DNA of 64,000 nucleotides from Prasinococcaceae sp. CCMP 1430 (Eukaryota; Plantae; Prasinodermophyta): positions 1 to 64,000 of the forward strand of contig RQSC01001045.1 of the NCBI GenBank assembly GCA_013416795.1, written 5' to 3'. Shown here in pieces: positions 44,348-55,500 of the stretch. The notes under the pieces are model-generated. The model was not told the DNA's origin. It saw only the letters and a list, made by a program, of their open reading frames with translations, and searched no databases. The translations under genes and the position numbers were made by a program. Each line of letters begins with the position of its first letter. Positions within the stretch are counted from its first letter, which is position 1.

Positions 44348-45205
44348 GTGCCGCTGGCGGCGCCGCTGGCGGCGGCGACGGCTGTCGGCGGCGCGCTGTA
44401 CCTCTCCGCCCTGCAGCTCCGCTTCCGCGGCGAGCGCGGCGCCGGCGACGCCTCGCCGGACAGCACGCCCACCAAAACACCTGACGCGGGCGCGTTCGGC
44501 GAGGACGATATCATGTGGGGCACGATGGGCGTCGTATCGGCGCTGCCGATCGCCAGCCCGCTCGCGTGGGCGTTCGGGTGGATCGCCACCGGTGAGCGCC
44601 GCTACCTGGCGTTCTGCGCCATGTACGCGGTGCCGTCGCTCGCGGCGTTCTCGAGCACGCTCACCGACGCCGCCGACGGCGGCGCCAGCGGCGGGATGGA
44701 GTTCCTGGCGCTCCTCGCGTGCGTGGCGCACGTGCAGCTGGAGCGGGTTGCCGCTACCGAGAACGTCGACGCCGAGCGGCCGCCGTGGCTGCCGCAGCTG
44801 CCCAACGACCGCGCGGTGACGCTGCCGTTCTTCGGCGGCGCTGAGGGCGAGGACGAGGGCGACCGCACGCAGGCGCCGCCGCCGCTGGAGCGCTCCGCCG
44901 CGGCCGGCCTCGCCAAGGGCACGTGGGGGCAGCAGTCGCTCAAGGCCAAGCTCGAGGCAGAGGACGCCGCCGAGCGCGAGGCGGAGGCCGCGCAGCGCGT
45001 GCTCGAAGAGCGCGCGCTCGGCGACTGGGACGTGCGTTTCTCGCGGCGCTCGGCCACCGTCAAGCAGCTGCGCGAGGAATGCAAGGAGCAGGGCATCGAG
45101 GGGTACAGCCGCTTGCGCAAGGCTGAGCTGGTGGAATTGCTCGAGTCCGTCGATCGCCGGCGGGCCGCGGAGAGGGTGCTTGATGAAGAAACGAGCGAAG
45201 GCTGA
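44348..45205 (+). CDS. Membrane protein with a C-terminal Rho-N-like helix-extension-helix domain; start uncertain
   Basis: Hydrophobic core WGTMGVVSALP..LAWAFGWIATGERRY..CVAHVQLE; C-terminal TVKQLREECKEQGIEGYSRLRKAELVELL. Confidence 0.7.
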   Translation: MPLAAPLAAATAVGGALYLSALQLRFRGERGAGDASPDSTPTKTPDAGAFGEDDIMWGTMGVVSALPIASPLAWAFGWIATGERRYLAFCAMYAVPSLAAFSSTLTDAADGGASGGMEFLALLACVAHVQLERVAATENVDAERPPWLPQLPNDRAVTLPFFGGAEGEDEGDRTQAPPPLERSAAAGLAKGTWGQQSLKAKLEAEDAAEREAEAAQRVLEERALGDWDVRFSRRSATVKQLREECKEQGIEGYSRLRKAELVELLESVDRRRAAERVLDEETSEG

Positions 45206-45280
45206 TGATGAGTACTAAAGTAGTTCGACACGGCGACGGTTCTAGTCTCAACGAGCGCCCAGCGCGCGCGGCGTCGCATG

Positions 45281-45458
45281 AGCGCGCGCAAGCAACGCTG
45301 AGCGCGCGCAAGCAACGCTGAGCGCGCGCAAGCAACGCTGAGCGAGCGCAAGCAACGCTGAGCGAGCGCAAGCAACGCTGAGCGAGCGCAAGCAACGCTG
45401 AGCGAGCGCAAGCAACGCTGAGCGAGCGCATGCAACGCTGAGCGCGCGCAAGCAACGC
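45281..45458. repeat. 20-bp minisatellite, 9 units (AGCGMGCGCAAGCAACGCTG)
   Basis: Units start at 45281, 45301 ... 45441; no spacers. Confidence 0.97.
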
Positions 45459-45762
45459 CTCGCTCACGGCAGAGGTGCTGGCGACGGCGTAGGGGCCTCG
45501 GAGGCGCGTTCCCACATGTCGAAGCCAATGACCGCCTCGCACGTGGGGTCGTCGCCGTTGCGAGGAGTCCTTCCGTGAAATGGTATTCTGACTCAGCGTC
45601 TACCCGGGCCCTGGCCACGTAGTAGCAGGTCCCCGTGGCCCCCCATCATATTGTCATGCTTCGGGCGTATGCTCGCCTACGCGACGCCGCTAACGCTGGG
45701 TGCTCATGGAGAGTAGACGCAATAGACAATGTTACATTCGAGCGACGCCCTGGCTTGCAGAC

Positions 45763-47732
45763 TCACACCGTCCGCCGCCACGTCCGCCAGGCGCGCCACT
45801 GCCGCGGCCTCGCCTCGCACGTTGCCTTGGCAAGCCCAGCGACGATCGCCACCACGCTGCTGAGCGCCAGCAGCCAACCGAGCGCCAACGCCCAAGACGG
45901 CAGCTTGCTTGCCTCGGCACCGGTCTCGTCGTCGGAGCCATAGAATCCGCTCGGGTCCATGGCGCTGAAGACGATCGCCAGGTTGAAGAGGCACAAGAGC
46001 GCGACGGGGATGAAGTACTGCCACAGCAGTCGCCACAGCCTGCCGCCAGTTGCGCGGCCGCCGCGCATCTCTTGAATGGCCGCAAGAAAGTCGTCGCCAT
46101 AGAACCACGTCACGGCAATGCACTCGCAGGCGCAGACAGCAAAGGGGCCGAGAAGTAGACCCCAGCTGTCAAAGAATTGGACCCAGTACTCACCGGCGTC
46201 GGATGCCAGCCACAGGTTGGTGCAAAACAATGTGACGCAGACGTACGCCGCCGCGATTGCGGTGCTCTTTGTGGCGCCGGATTCGACCGCCAGCCCCAGA
46301 AGCACCTCCACCGTGCCCAGCTCGCTGTCAATTCCGAGCAGGAAGAGCGTGATGAAGAAGAGGATGCTCGCTACCTGCGCAAGACCAGTTGGCAGCGTCG
46401 CGAGGCCAGCAGGGTACACGACGAACGCCAGAGATACCGGATTCGACGTGATGACATCCTCAATCGGCACATCTTCTTCGTGCGCGAGAACGCCGAGCAT
46501 GGCGAAGACAGTCACGCCTGCGAGAAGAGACGTCAGCGCATTGCAAAGGGGCACAGCGATGGCATCAATCACCACATCCTCCCTGCCGCCAAGGTGAGAG
46601 GCGAATACGACCAGCGCGCCTAAACCAACCCCCAACGAGAAAAAAATCTGCGTCGCCGCCGCCTGCCACGTGGATCCGTCGGCCAACAACGCCCATTGCG
46701 GCTTGAAGAGAAACGCGACGCCCGCGCCCGCGCCCTTCTTGGTCACCGCAATTATCATCAGCGCGATGAGCATCACAAAGGGTACAGTGGCAGTCACCCA
46801 CACCACTACACCGACGGATTTGGTGCCTCGGCAGACGAAGAGAAAGCAGGCAGCCCATGCGACGGCCATCGCGCCAACGATGGGTCCCACTAGCATCGTC
46901 ATGTCGCCGATGCCCGCAGACAAGTGCAGCACATCGTCCTGGAGGAATTCGGTGGCCGCCTCAACGCGCGTCTGGGTCCCCGAGGGCGCCCACGGTAGCG
47001 GTGAGCGAAAGGAGTGCACCACGTATACGAGCGCCCACGCGATGATCGCCATGTAGTAGTACGAAATGATGCCCGCGAGGAGTACCGCTGCCCACCCTAC
47101 GCCGACCAGGCGCGGGTCCACCGCTTGGAGTGCTTTCACGGGGCCGGCCTTGGCCGCTTGCCCCAGCGCCAACTCCAGCAGGTACAGCGGCACGCCCAGC
47201 AACACGAGGCAGACGAAGTAGGCGAGCAAGAAGGCGCCGCCGCCGTGCGCGTAGGCCACGTACGGAAAGCGCCACACATTGCCGAGTCCGATGGTGTAGC
47301 CGATGCAGGCCAGCAGGAAGCTCGCCCGAGACCGCCAGGTGCTGCGAATACAGAGCGCGAGCACAGGGTGTGGGGAAGGGGTCGCATTAGAATGTAGCAG
47401 CGTTCAGGCGCGAGCGATAACTGACGCTCTCGTGTGCTTGCACGCTGCCGCTGCAGCGACGCCATGCTTCGTCGGCATGGTTTGCACACGCACCCTCTAC
47501 GTCGCTCCGCGGCGCTCGTGAATATTGCTGCCGTCGCCCTCAACTCATCCACCGCCGCGGCATCGTCGACGCAGAGCCGCGCGCTGGGCACGGGCGCTAG
47601 CACGTCGGCTGATTGCCGAGCCTCGCGCTGCTGGCGACCGTCCGCGGTCGAGGGGCTCGAGGTAGAGCCAACGCCCTCAATCTCGAACGTGCCAGCCGTT
47701 GCCGTCAGCGCGCTCTTGCCTCTGTCGGACAT
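45763..47732 (-). CDS. SLC6/NSS sodium:solute symporter; intron 47342-47493
   Basis: Spliced ERRRG|TWRSRASFLLACIGYTIGLGNVWRFPY, LLELALGQ, WQAAATQIFFSLG, LAFVVYP, LFLLGIDS. Confidence 0.93.
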
Positions 47733-47986
47733 CAATGAGAACGGGCGGTAGCACACCGCCCGCGTGCCGGCGCGACCTGGCGCGCAGACGGCCCGCCAGC
47801 GTCCCACAACGCGTAGCTGTGCACCGACCACGCGACGGACGGCGTTCGCGCTGGCGCCACCGCGCCTGCGTCGTGGGGCGCGCCCTGCTGCGGCGCGCAC
47901 GATGTGGCACAAATAAATGTGTGTCCTTTTCTCACACCGCGCCAGACTGCGCGCAACGCGCGCTGCGGTGGCATTTGCGAGATTCA

Positions 47987-49052
47987 ATGCCCATGACCGG
48001 CTCCGCAATCCGAGTCGTCGCCACAGTACTGCTACTCGCGCGCGCGGCAGCCTGCGTACGGTCTCAGCCCGACGCAGCGCAGCATGGAAACCCCATCGGC
48101 GAGGCACTGGCCAACCCGGCGACATGCGCGTTCGTGGGCAGCGGCCCAGGTGCGTGACAGTATTCTCAGCGCGCACGCTCTGACACGCGGTCTGCCGCGG
48201 CCGTGCGCGTGCTGGGGCTGCACCGACCCACTGACATCGGCGCCGGTGGGCACTGCAGGCAACAGCTCCGCCGCGCGCGAGGCCTGCTACGACGTGGACC
48301 CGTCGGACCTGCCGGCGGCGTTTTCCGTGCGCTTCGAGTTGTACTTTGGCGGCGACCAGCGCGCCTTCACCGTCCGCGTGAACACCTCGTGGGCGCCGCC
48401 GTTCGCGGCGCGCTTCTGGCAGCTTGCGCACCTGGGATTCTGGGAGGACGCCGCGCTGTTCCGCCCCGACTACCGCAACAGCTCGACATCCTTCGTCGTG
48501 CAGACAGGGCTGGCGGCTACTCCCATTTGGAACGCCCTTTGGACGCTGCTCAAGACCGACAACGCCACCGCCGTGCCCGTCGTGAGCAACACTCGCGGGT
48601 TCGTCTCGTGGGCGATGGACGCGGTTGGATGCTCATCGGGGTCGTCATCCGGGGACGACAATCCGTGCGCGCCGTACCGCCCCGCATGCACGTCTGACGA
48701 GTACTGCGCCGTCAACTTCACCTCTCAGTTCTTCGTCAATTACGCCGACAACTCGAGGTTGGACGCGAATGGGTTTGCGCCCTTTGGTCAGGTGGACGAG
48801 GAAGGCATGGCGACGCTAGAAGACATCGGCTTTGTCCTTGGCAACCTGTACGGCGAGCTGAGCGACATCTGCTGCTGCGACCCGCCGGATAGCCTGGCTC
48901 CCTACTGCATCTTCGACCCCGAGACTGGCCAGAGCCGCGGCGTCAACTCCACCAGATACGCCGCGCTGGGCTCGCCGTACCTGCGCTTGGGTGGCCAGTT
49001 CCAGGCCATGTACGACCTGCGCATCCGCACGGTGGAGGTCGTCTCCACGTGA
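47987..49052 (+). CDS. Secreted cyclophilin-like protein (bacterial PpiA-like fold); intron 48150-48258
   Basis: Signal peptide; FTVRVNTSWAPPFAARFWQL, LFR..FVVQTG, SNTRGFVSWAM, TSQFFVNYADNSRLDANGFAPFGQV. Confidence 0.8.
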
Positions 49053-49399
49053 GGCTCGCTCGCTTTCTCGCTCGCTTTCTCGCTCGCTCGCTCGCGCATG
49101 CGCGGGCCCTCGCCGTCGACGTAAGTCCTCGCACCGCCCGCACAGATGCGCCACGCGCCCGTGCGATGCAATTCCCCCTTCGTTTTGATTGCGCATCGCT
49201 GCGATGCACAGCTCATTCTTTTTTCAAAATCGTGGGACTCGAAACGCCATCAAAATGAACGCCATGACTTTTTTCGACGCCGCCGGCGTCGGCGCCGTTT
49301 GCGCGCGCAGCGGCGTACCGCGCCACACCGCGCGCGCAGCGGCAGCCGCGCGCGCTCGCTGGGCCCCTCGCGGCCGTCGCGAGGGCGCCAAGGATCACT

Positions 49400-52362
49400 A
49401 TGGGCTCTCCAGCGGCGGGAAGCCGCGCGCGGCGGGCGCGTGTGCTGCTCGCGTTGTCGAGCTTTGCGTTCGTCCAGGGGCTCACGCACTCGGGGCTTAC
49501 TGCGGCGACGCTCTCCAGCATTACTCGGCGGTACGGCTTCAGCAATGTGCAGGCAGGCTTTCTGCTCGCCGGCTATGACTTTGCCGCGGCAGTTGCGGGC
49601 ACCGTCATCGCGCTCGCCATAGCCGCGGCGCAGCGGAGGCGCCGCCCGCACGCAGACGCCCGGGGCATTCGCGACGAGGACGCAGGCACTCGCATGGCAG
49701 CGGAGGAAGAAAGCAGAGCCAACCGCGACCTGGGCGATAGCAATCCTTCGATCTCATTCGAGGACGGCGAGGGACCGCAAATGTCAGCTCCACGCGCGTT
49801 GCGTGCGCCCACTGGGCGCCGGCAGCGCTTCGCCTGGGTGCCAATGGAGGGCGGGCACAGCAATGCCAAGCGTGGGCCGATTGGCCGCACGCTGGCACCT
49901 TTGCGAACTTTGGCGGCTTCAATTGCCAACTCATGCTGCTGTTGGTGCTCTGGCTGCGTGATGTGCGCACGCGCCTTCTTTTCCAGCAAAGAGGCAGTGC
50001 TGACCGTGGGTCTAGCGCTCTTCGCTCTGGGGTCGTTTATGTATGGCGCCCCACAGCTCGCACACGGGACGTATGGGGTGCCAGAGCAGACTGTGCACAC
50101 GTGTTCCCCTTCTGCGCAGCTCGGCCTTGCACCAGCACCGGCGCCGGCACCCGCGCCGACGCCAGTCGCAGTTGGAGTCAACGCGAGCGGCAATGCGACG
50201 AGCAACGGCGGCGACGTCAACGAAGAGCAATGCGACAACGTCATCACAAGCGGCGGTGAGCTGTATGCGCTCTTCATGGTCGCGCAGATCATCCTTGGCA
50301 TTGGTGCGTCGCCCCTCTTCACCGTCGGGCCGTCTTTCATCGATGACGTATACGAGGGCAGTGCCTCCGTGAACACGGCCCTCGGGCTCTTTTTCGGCGC
50401 CTCCGCCCTCGGCCCCGCCGTCGGTTTTGTACTCGGGGGCATCACACTCGCTACCTGGATCGATGGGGACAGCGCCCAGCCTCCTGGCATCCAGCAAGAA
50501 TCACGCTTTTGGGTGGGCCAATGGTTCGTCGGCTTCTGGATTAGCGCGGTGGCCGGCGCGGCACTGCTTCTGCCCTTCGCGCTTGCTCTCTTTATAGGGC
50601 GACGGCGCGGGGCGCCTCAAGACAACACCGTAGCGCCGGAGGAGAACGGCATTGAGTTGCCGCCGTCCTTATATTCGAGTGCTGCCACTGCAGACCCTGA
50701 ATCATTGGAGGCGCTGGCACGCAACGGCGTCTCTGCGTCCGTGCACGTCAATGGTGCCGCCGAGCATGATCGCGAGGACGACGACGACGCCACAAGGGCG
50801 AACCCACTAGGACGTCAAACCAATGGCGATGAGCAAGATGCCGCACACATAGATACAAACGGTGGCGACGAGGGCTCTGCTCGTGCCGGCGGTGGAGCGG
50901 AGCAGATCGATCGACGTGGACAGCAGCAGCCACAGAGCGACGATGGGTCGGGAGATCACGCGGGTGGCAGGCCCGGGCTCGTTTCAGGGACATTCATTGC
51001 GTTGATCGCCGCGCTCAGCTTTGAGGTGCTGGGGAAGAGTGCCATCGTCCCTTTCGTCCCTCTCGTCGTTCAGGAGACATTTGGTGTCTCGTCTTCATCT
51101 GCGAGCTACATGGGTCCGTTTGTGTCGCTCGCCGTGTGCGATGAACGTATCGCCCATGCCGACTCATGCACACCCGCGCACGCCACGCCCGCGCTGCGAG
51201 ACCTGTCGCTGACGAACGGCGCTGCGTCGGCGCACCAACCTGCGCTCCTCTTGGTGACTGGCGCCTCAAATATTGACGCGTTGGGATGACACGCGCAGTG
51301 GGTGTGGTTCTTGTGCCCGCAGCCATCTTGGGGACAATCGCGGGTGGCGTGCTAGTCATGAAGACCAAAATGAGTATCAGATCGCAAATAATGTTGTGCG
51401 CAGTCACGGTCTTCCTGGGAGCGTGCGTCTTCACGGCAGCGTCCTTTACGATGGTAGCATGCGACGAGCTCGACTTCGCTGGCATCAACGCCCCCGCCGC
51501 ATCTGACTCCGCAAACGGGACGCACGTGGGCCTGTGGCCGCACCTCCCCCACTTTGGCTCTCTCTTTGGCAATAGGACGAAGCCTGGTGACGAGCGTTTC
51601 GAGGACACGTGCAACGCTGGCTGCGATTGTGAGATCGAATATCAACCTGTGTGCTCGACCACAGACGGCACGACGTACTTGAACGGCTGCGTTGCCGGCT
51701 GCGAGAACGCCACAGCAAATGACGAGGGGGTGCCGACTGCTTACAGCAACTGCACATGCGCCCCTTCGGACGGCCGCGATGCCGTCGTGCCAGGGGAGTG
51801 TTCGCGCACGTGCGCGGCACTCTATGGATTCCTGTCTCTGCTGTTCGTGGCAATATTTCTGGTTTTCCTCAACGCGTCGCCGGTCATGAAGGTCTTCATG
51901 GAGTGCGCCGGAGCCCCGCACACACGCACGCTGAGCCTCGCCTTGGGCGCTCTGGCCTACCGCTTGTTCGGCGCCATCCCCGGACCGGTACTCGAAGGGC
52001 TCCTGCTCGACGACGCCTGCCGATACGAGTCGCCGTGTTCTAACGCCTGCTTGGTGCATGATCCGCACGGAGTGCGCGTTGCCATCACGTCCTTCCCGCT
52101 GTCCGCAATGGGGATGAGCGCGATTTTGTACGTTGTCGCGTGGCGCTTGCACGGCATGAAGCGGCGCCTTGACGTCGGGTGCCTGATTGTTGGTGCCGGT
52201 TGCGTGATCGGCATACTGGCGTCACTGCGCTCTCTCTTCAGATGGAAGCGGCGACGGGTCATCCCTCACGAGGGGGACGCCGAACAGCTGATACAAGGGG
52301 CAGGCGGCGCCAGCTCCGAGCGCGATCCAGAATTTGCCGGCGCAGATGTTTCGGAGGCATGA
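49400..52362 (+). CDS. OATP/SLCO organic anion transporter with Kazal-type loop; intron 51114-51298
   Basis: SSITRRYG..GYD, AQIILGIGASPLFTVGPSFIDD, LGPAVGFVLGG, WVGQWFVGF, CNAGCDC..YQPVCS..TYLNGCVAGC, RLFGAIPGPVLEGLLLDDAC. Confidence 0.9.
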
Positions 52363-52501
52363 TTGGACTGGGAGGTTTTCTCGCCGTCAGCGGAGCACCA
52401 GCCAGCGCAGAGATAGCCACAGCGCACCGCGGATGCGCACACGCGCTCTCCGCCCTCCCCGCCACACCGAGCGCCGCCATGCACTAAAATTCCTTTGCGA
52501 C

Positions 52502-55500
52502 CTAGCGTTTGATGATTACGTGTAGTCTACATGGCCGAGCCAACGCGCGACGCGTTGATGGGTGTGCCTGCGTAGTGGTTGGGAGGGAACAGCCAGTTCT
52601 CGTCGCCAGCAGGGTGCCGCCGACACCCCCCCGGCCACCAGCCCGCTCCCTGGCATTTTTGAGGGCCTCGGCCATCCAGAAGTCGGCCCTGCGCTGCGCC
52701 TCCTCGAACGCGCGCTTCGACGCATCTTCGCGCCCGACGGCGCGCTGCGCGAACGCGTGGCGTAGCACGGCGATCTCCTTCTCGAGCGCTGAGATGACGT
52801 CGAGTGCCTCCTCGAGCGTGGCCGGTTTCATACCGTGCCGCGGCACGCTCAGCGGGCTAGCCCGCGTTGCCGCTCGCTCAATCCCATTCATGGTCACAGG
52901 CAGTCCCAACGGCGCCATGCGCGCGTTGAAAGTGCTCGGAAGTCCCGCGATGCCCCGCGCCGAGCTCACATCGCGGTTGTTCAGCGCCGCTGCAGGAGAG
53001 TTCGAGTTCGGTGCCCGTGGACCAGACGCGTACAGCGACGTGCAAGTGCCCTCGAGCGCCCTGTCACCCTTAATCTTCTCATGCGGCATCGACTGGATGC
53101 CTGACACCACCGCGTTGGACACCGACGCAGCAGAATGAAGCGTGCCACTGATGACTGCAGCTGCCGCCTTTGGCCGTGGCGGCGTGCCGGATGCCGCCTG
53201 TGAGATCTTCGCCCCGCCGACTTCGCCGAGCGGGCTGAGCAGCGCAGAGCTTTGCTGCGTCGCCGCGGCCAGGCGGCGCACGAGCGCTGCGGGCGGCGGA
53301 GGGGGCACACCCACCACGGCGCCACCGCCTGCAGTTTCAGTTCCTGCGGTAGGTGCAGCAGCCTTTGCTTGGCCCCGAAAGCGCACTTCCGCCTCCTTGC
53401 GCTCGCGCTCGCGCTCGGCGTCACGCATCTTGATGTACTTTGCGCGCTGCATTTGGCCCCGCCAGCGCGTGGCAATACGCGTCACAGCCGCCGACTGCAC
53501 TGCCAGCAGCTCCTTGTACACCTTGCGCTGGCGGTGCATGCGGTACGTGGAAGAGATCTTGGTGCACGCACGCACGCGGGTCATCAGGAAGCTCTGCAGC
53601 GCGTCACTCTTCATGAAGATCTTTGTTCGGCCGAGCAGATACTCGCTCTCCTCAATCTCGAGCATCTTAAGGAGTCCGAGTACGAGCTTCTTCCCTTGAG
53701 CGGGCGTCGTGACCTTGCATCCGGATCCCTGGTAGACCTCAGCGATGGACACGTAAGTCGCGCGCACACGATACACTGAGAGCTGCTGGCGTACCACGAT
53801 GAGGTCCTTGATGCCCGAGTAGCGCATTTGGCGCAGCACGAGCGGGTGGTCGAAGGAATCTGCGGACCGCTTGAGGTTGGGCTTGATGCATCGCACGAAG
53901 TGCAGCGTTGCTGCTGAGAGCGTCGTGCGCAGCGACGCCAGCTGTTTGGTGAATCGGGCCGCTACCGTGACCATGCGTTTGCCTTTTGTTTCCACAGCCT
54001 CGCCCTCGTCACCCTTGAAGACCATAGACACGAAGGCCTTCTCTGAGCCGACGATTGTCTCCACAAGATCACTGCTCAGGACGTCTACGTTCTTCACAAT
54101 GAAATCCGTGGTGTCGTAAGTGACGTCCGCGGCGAAGTGCTGGAGCACGAATGCGCGGTGGCCCATCCGCGGGTGCGCTTTGGCGAAGTGCTTCGTCCCG
54201 GCGACCACCTCGTGTACCTTTTGCGCGTACGAGTCGTCGGTCCCCTTGCCGCCGGGCAGCGAGCACTCCTCATGCAGCAGCACAAGCAGGCCCTTCGGGC
54301 GCTTCTCGATGAGGTCAATGCACGCCTGATTGTCAGTGAAGCTTATGTTCGCGACTGGCAGGTCTTCTTCGTCGAAAGCTTTCAACTCCAACTTGAAGAA
54401 GGATTGCAGGAACTGCTGATGCAACGCCTCGTTTGCGTAGTTGATGCACAACTGCTCGAATGAGTTTTGCGCGCCCGTCGATTCGTCCACGCTCTCGAAG
54501 CCGTAGATGTCGAGCACGGCGATCTGCCTGTTGGCGTCGGCGTTGGCGCGCTTGCGCACGCCAGCTCCGCCACCGCCGTCGAAGCCGTCGTTGATGCGAT
54601 GCACCAGCCAGTCGAAGAGGCGCTTGTACAGCGCACGCGCGAGCGCGTGTATGCCATCCGACGCTTCACGCACGCCGAGCGCCACCGTGGCGAACGACTC
54701 GCGCCGCCCGCCCGAGATCTTCTTCCTGGTGAGCCCCTCGGCCAGCAGGTCTTGTGGGACGCCCAGTAACTCAGCGGCCTTCCTCAGGCTCTTCATGGAA
54801 CCTCTGCAAATCTCCGAGTCGCCCTTGTCGCACGCGCCCGTGACCTTGACGTTACCCAGGTGCATCACGGCACCCAGCAATGACCAACAGTGTTCGACCT
54901 CAGCGGGCTCGAAGCCGAGCGCTTCAAACGCTTTGCACACTCTCTTGAAGTCCGCTGCGTCATCAACGCCTTCGATGACGGTAGAAGCAGGAATCGCCGA
55001 GAGATAGACGAAGCCATCCACGCCGTCGGACGGCAGCTCGAGGCGCTGCCGCAGCGCGTCGTCCGCGCCCCGGCAGAGCTGGTACATGATGTGGTAGTTG
55101 CGGTCGCCAGGCTGCTGAGAGGTCACGCGGCTCGTCTCGAGCAGGTAGCGGTGGATGTTGGCACCAATCACGCGCGCGCCGGAGGCGTCGTACTGCAGCT
55201 CGAAGAGCTTACCGAAGCGGCTGGAGTTGTCATTGACGTGCGTTTTGGCGTTGCCGAAGGCCTCCAACAGGGGGTTGGACTGCAGAATGCGCTCCTCCAC
55301 GTTGGAGCCGCTTTGCGACGACGCGCCGCCGCTGACGAGCACGGATCGAGCCATCAGGTAGCGCAGCAAGTGTTTCGTGCCCTCGGTCTTTCCCGCGCCT
55401 GACTCGCCAGAGATAACGACGGCCTGCGGCTCGCGCCTCTCGGCCATAGCGGTGTAGGCCACGTCAGCGACGCCGAAGAGGTGGGGCGGAAGGACGCCAT

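Larger units (their letters stand above)
7778..45736. terminator. TGTAA poly(A)-signal-like motifs (scattered sites) downstream of several stops
   Basis: Plus strand: 7778 (KEA), 14267 (RPA3). Minus strand: 7869 (Grx), 14440, 20057 (PDE), 27060 (MYB), 45732 (SLC6). Confidence 0.7.

Noticed and set aside
45281-45458. CRISPR-like array
   Set aside because: Contiguous near-identical units with no unique spacers, in a eukaryotic context with no cas genes.
44602-45618. 338-aa minus-strand ORF with a repeated ACARSALLALAQRCLRSLSV
   Set aside because: Translation of the minisatellite plus the antisense shadow of the plus-strand gene.
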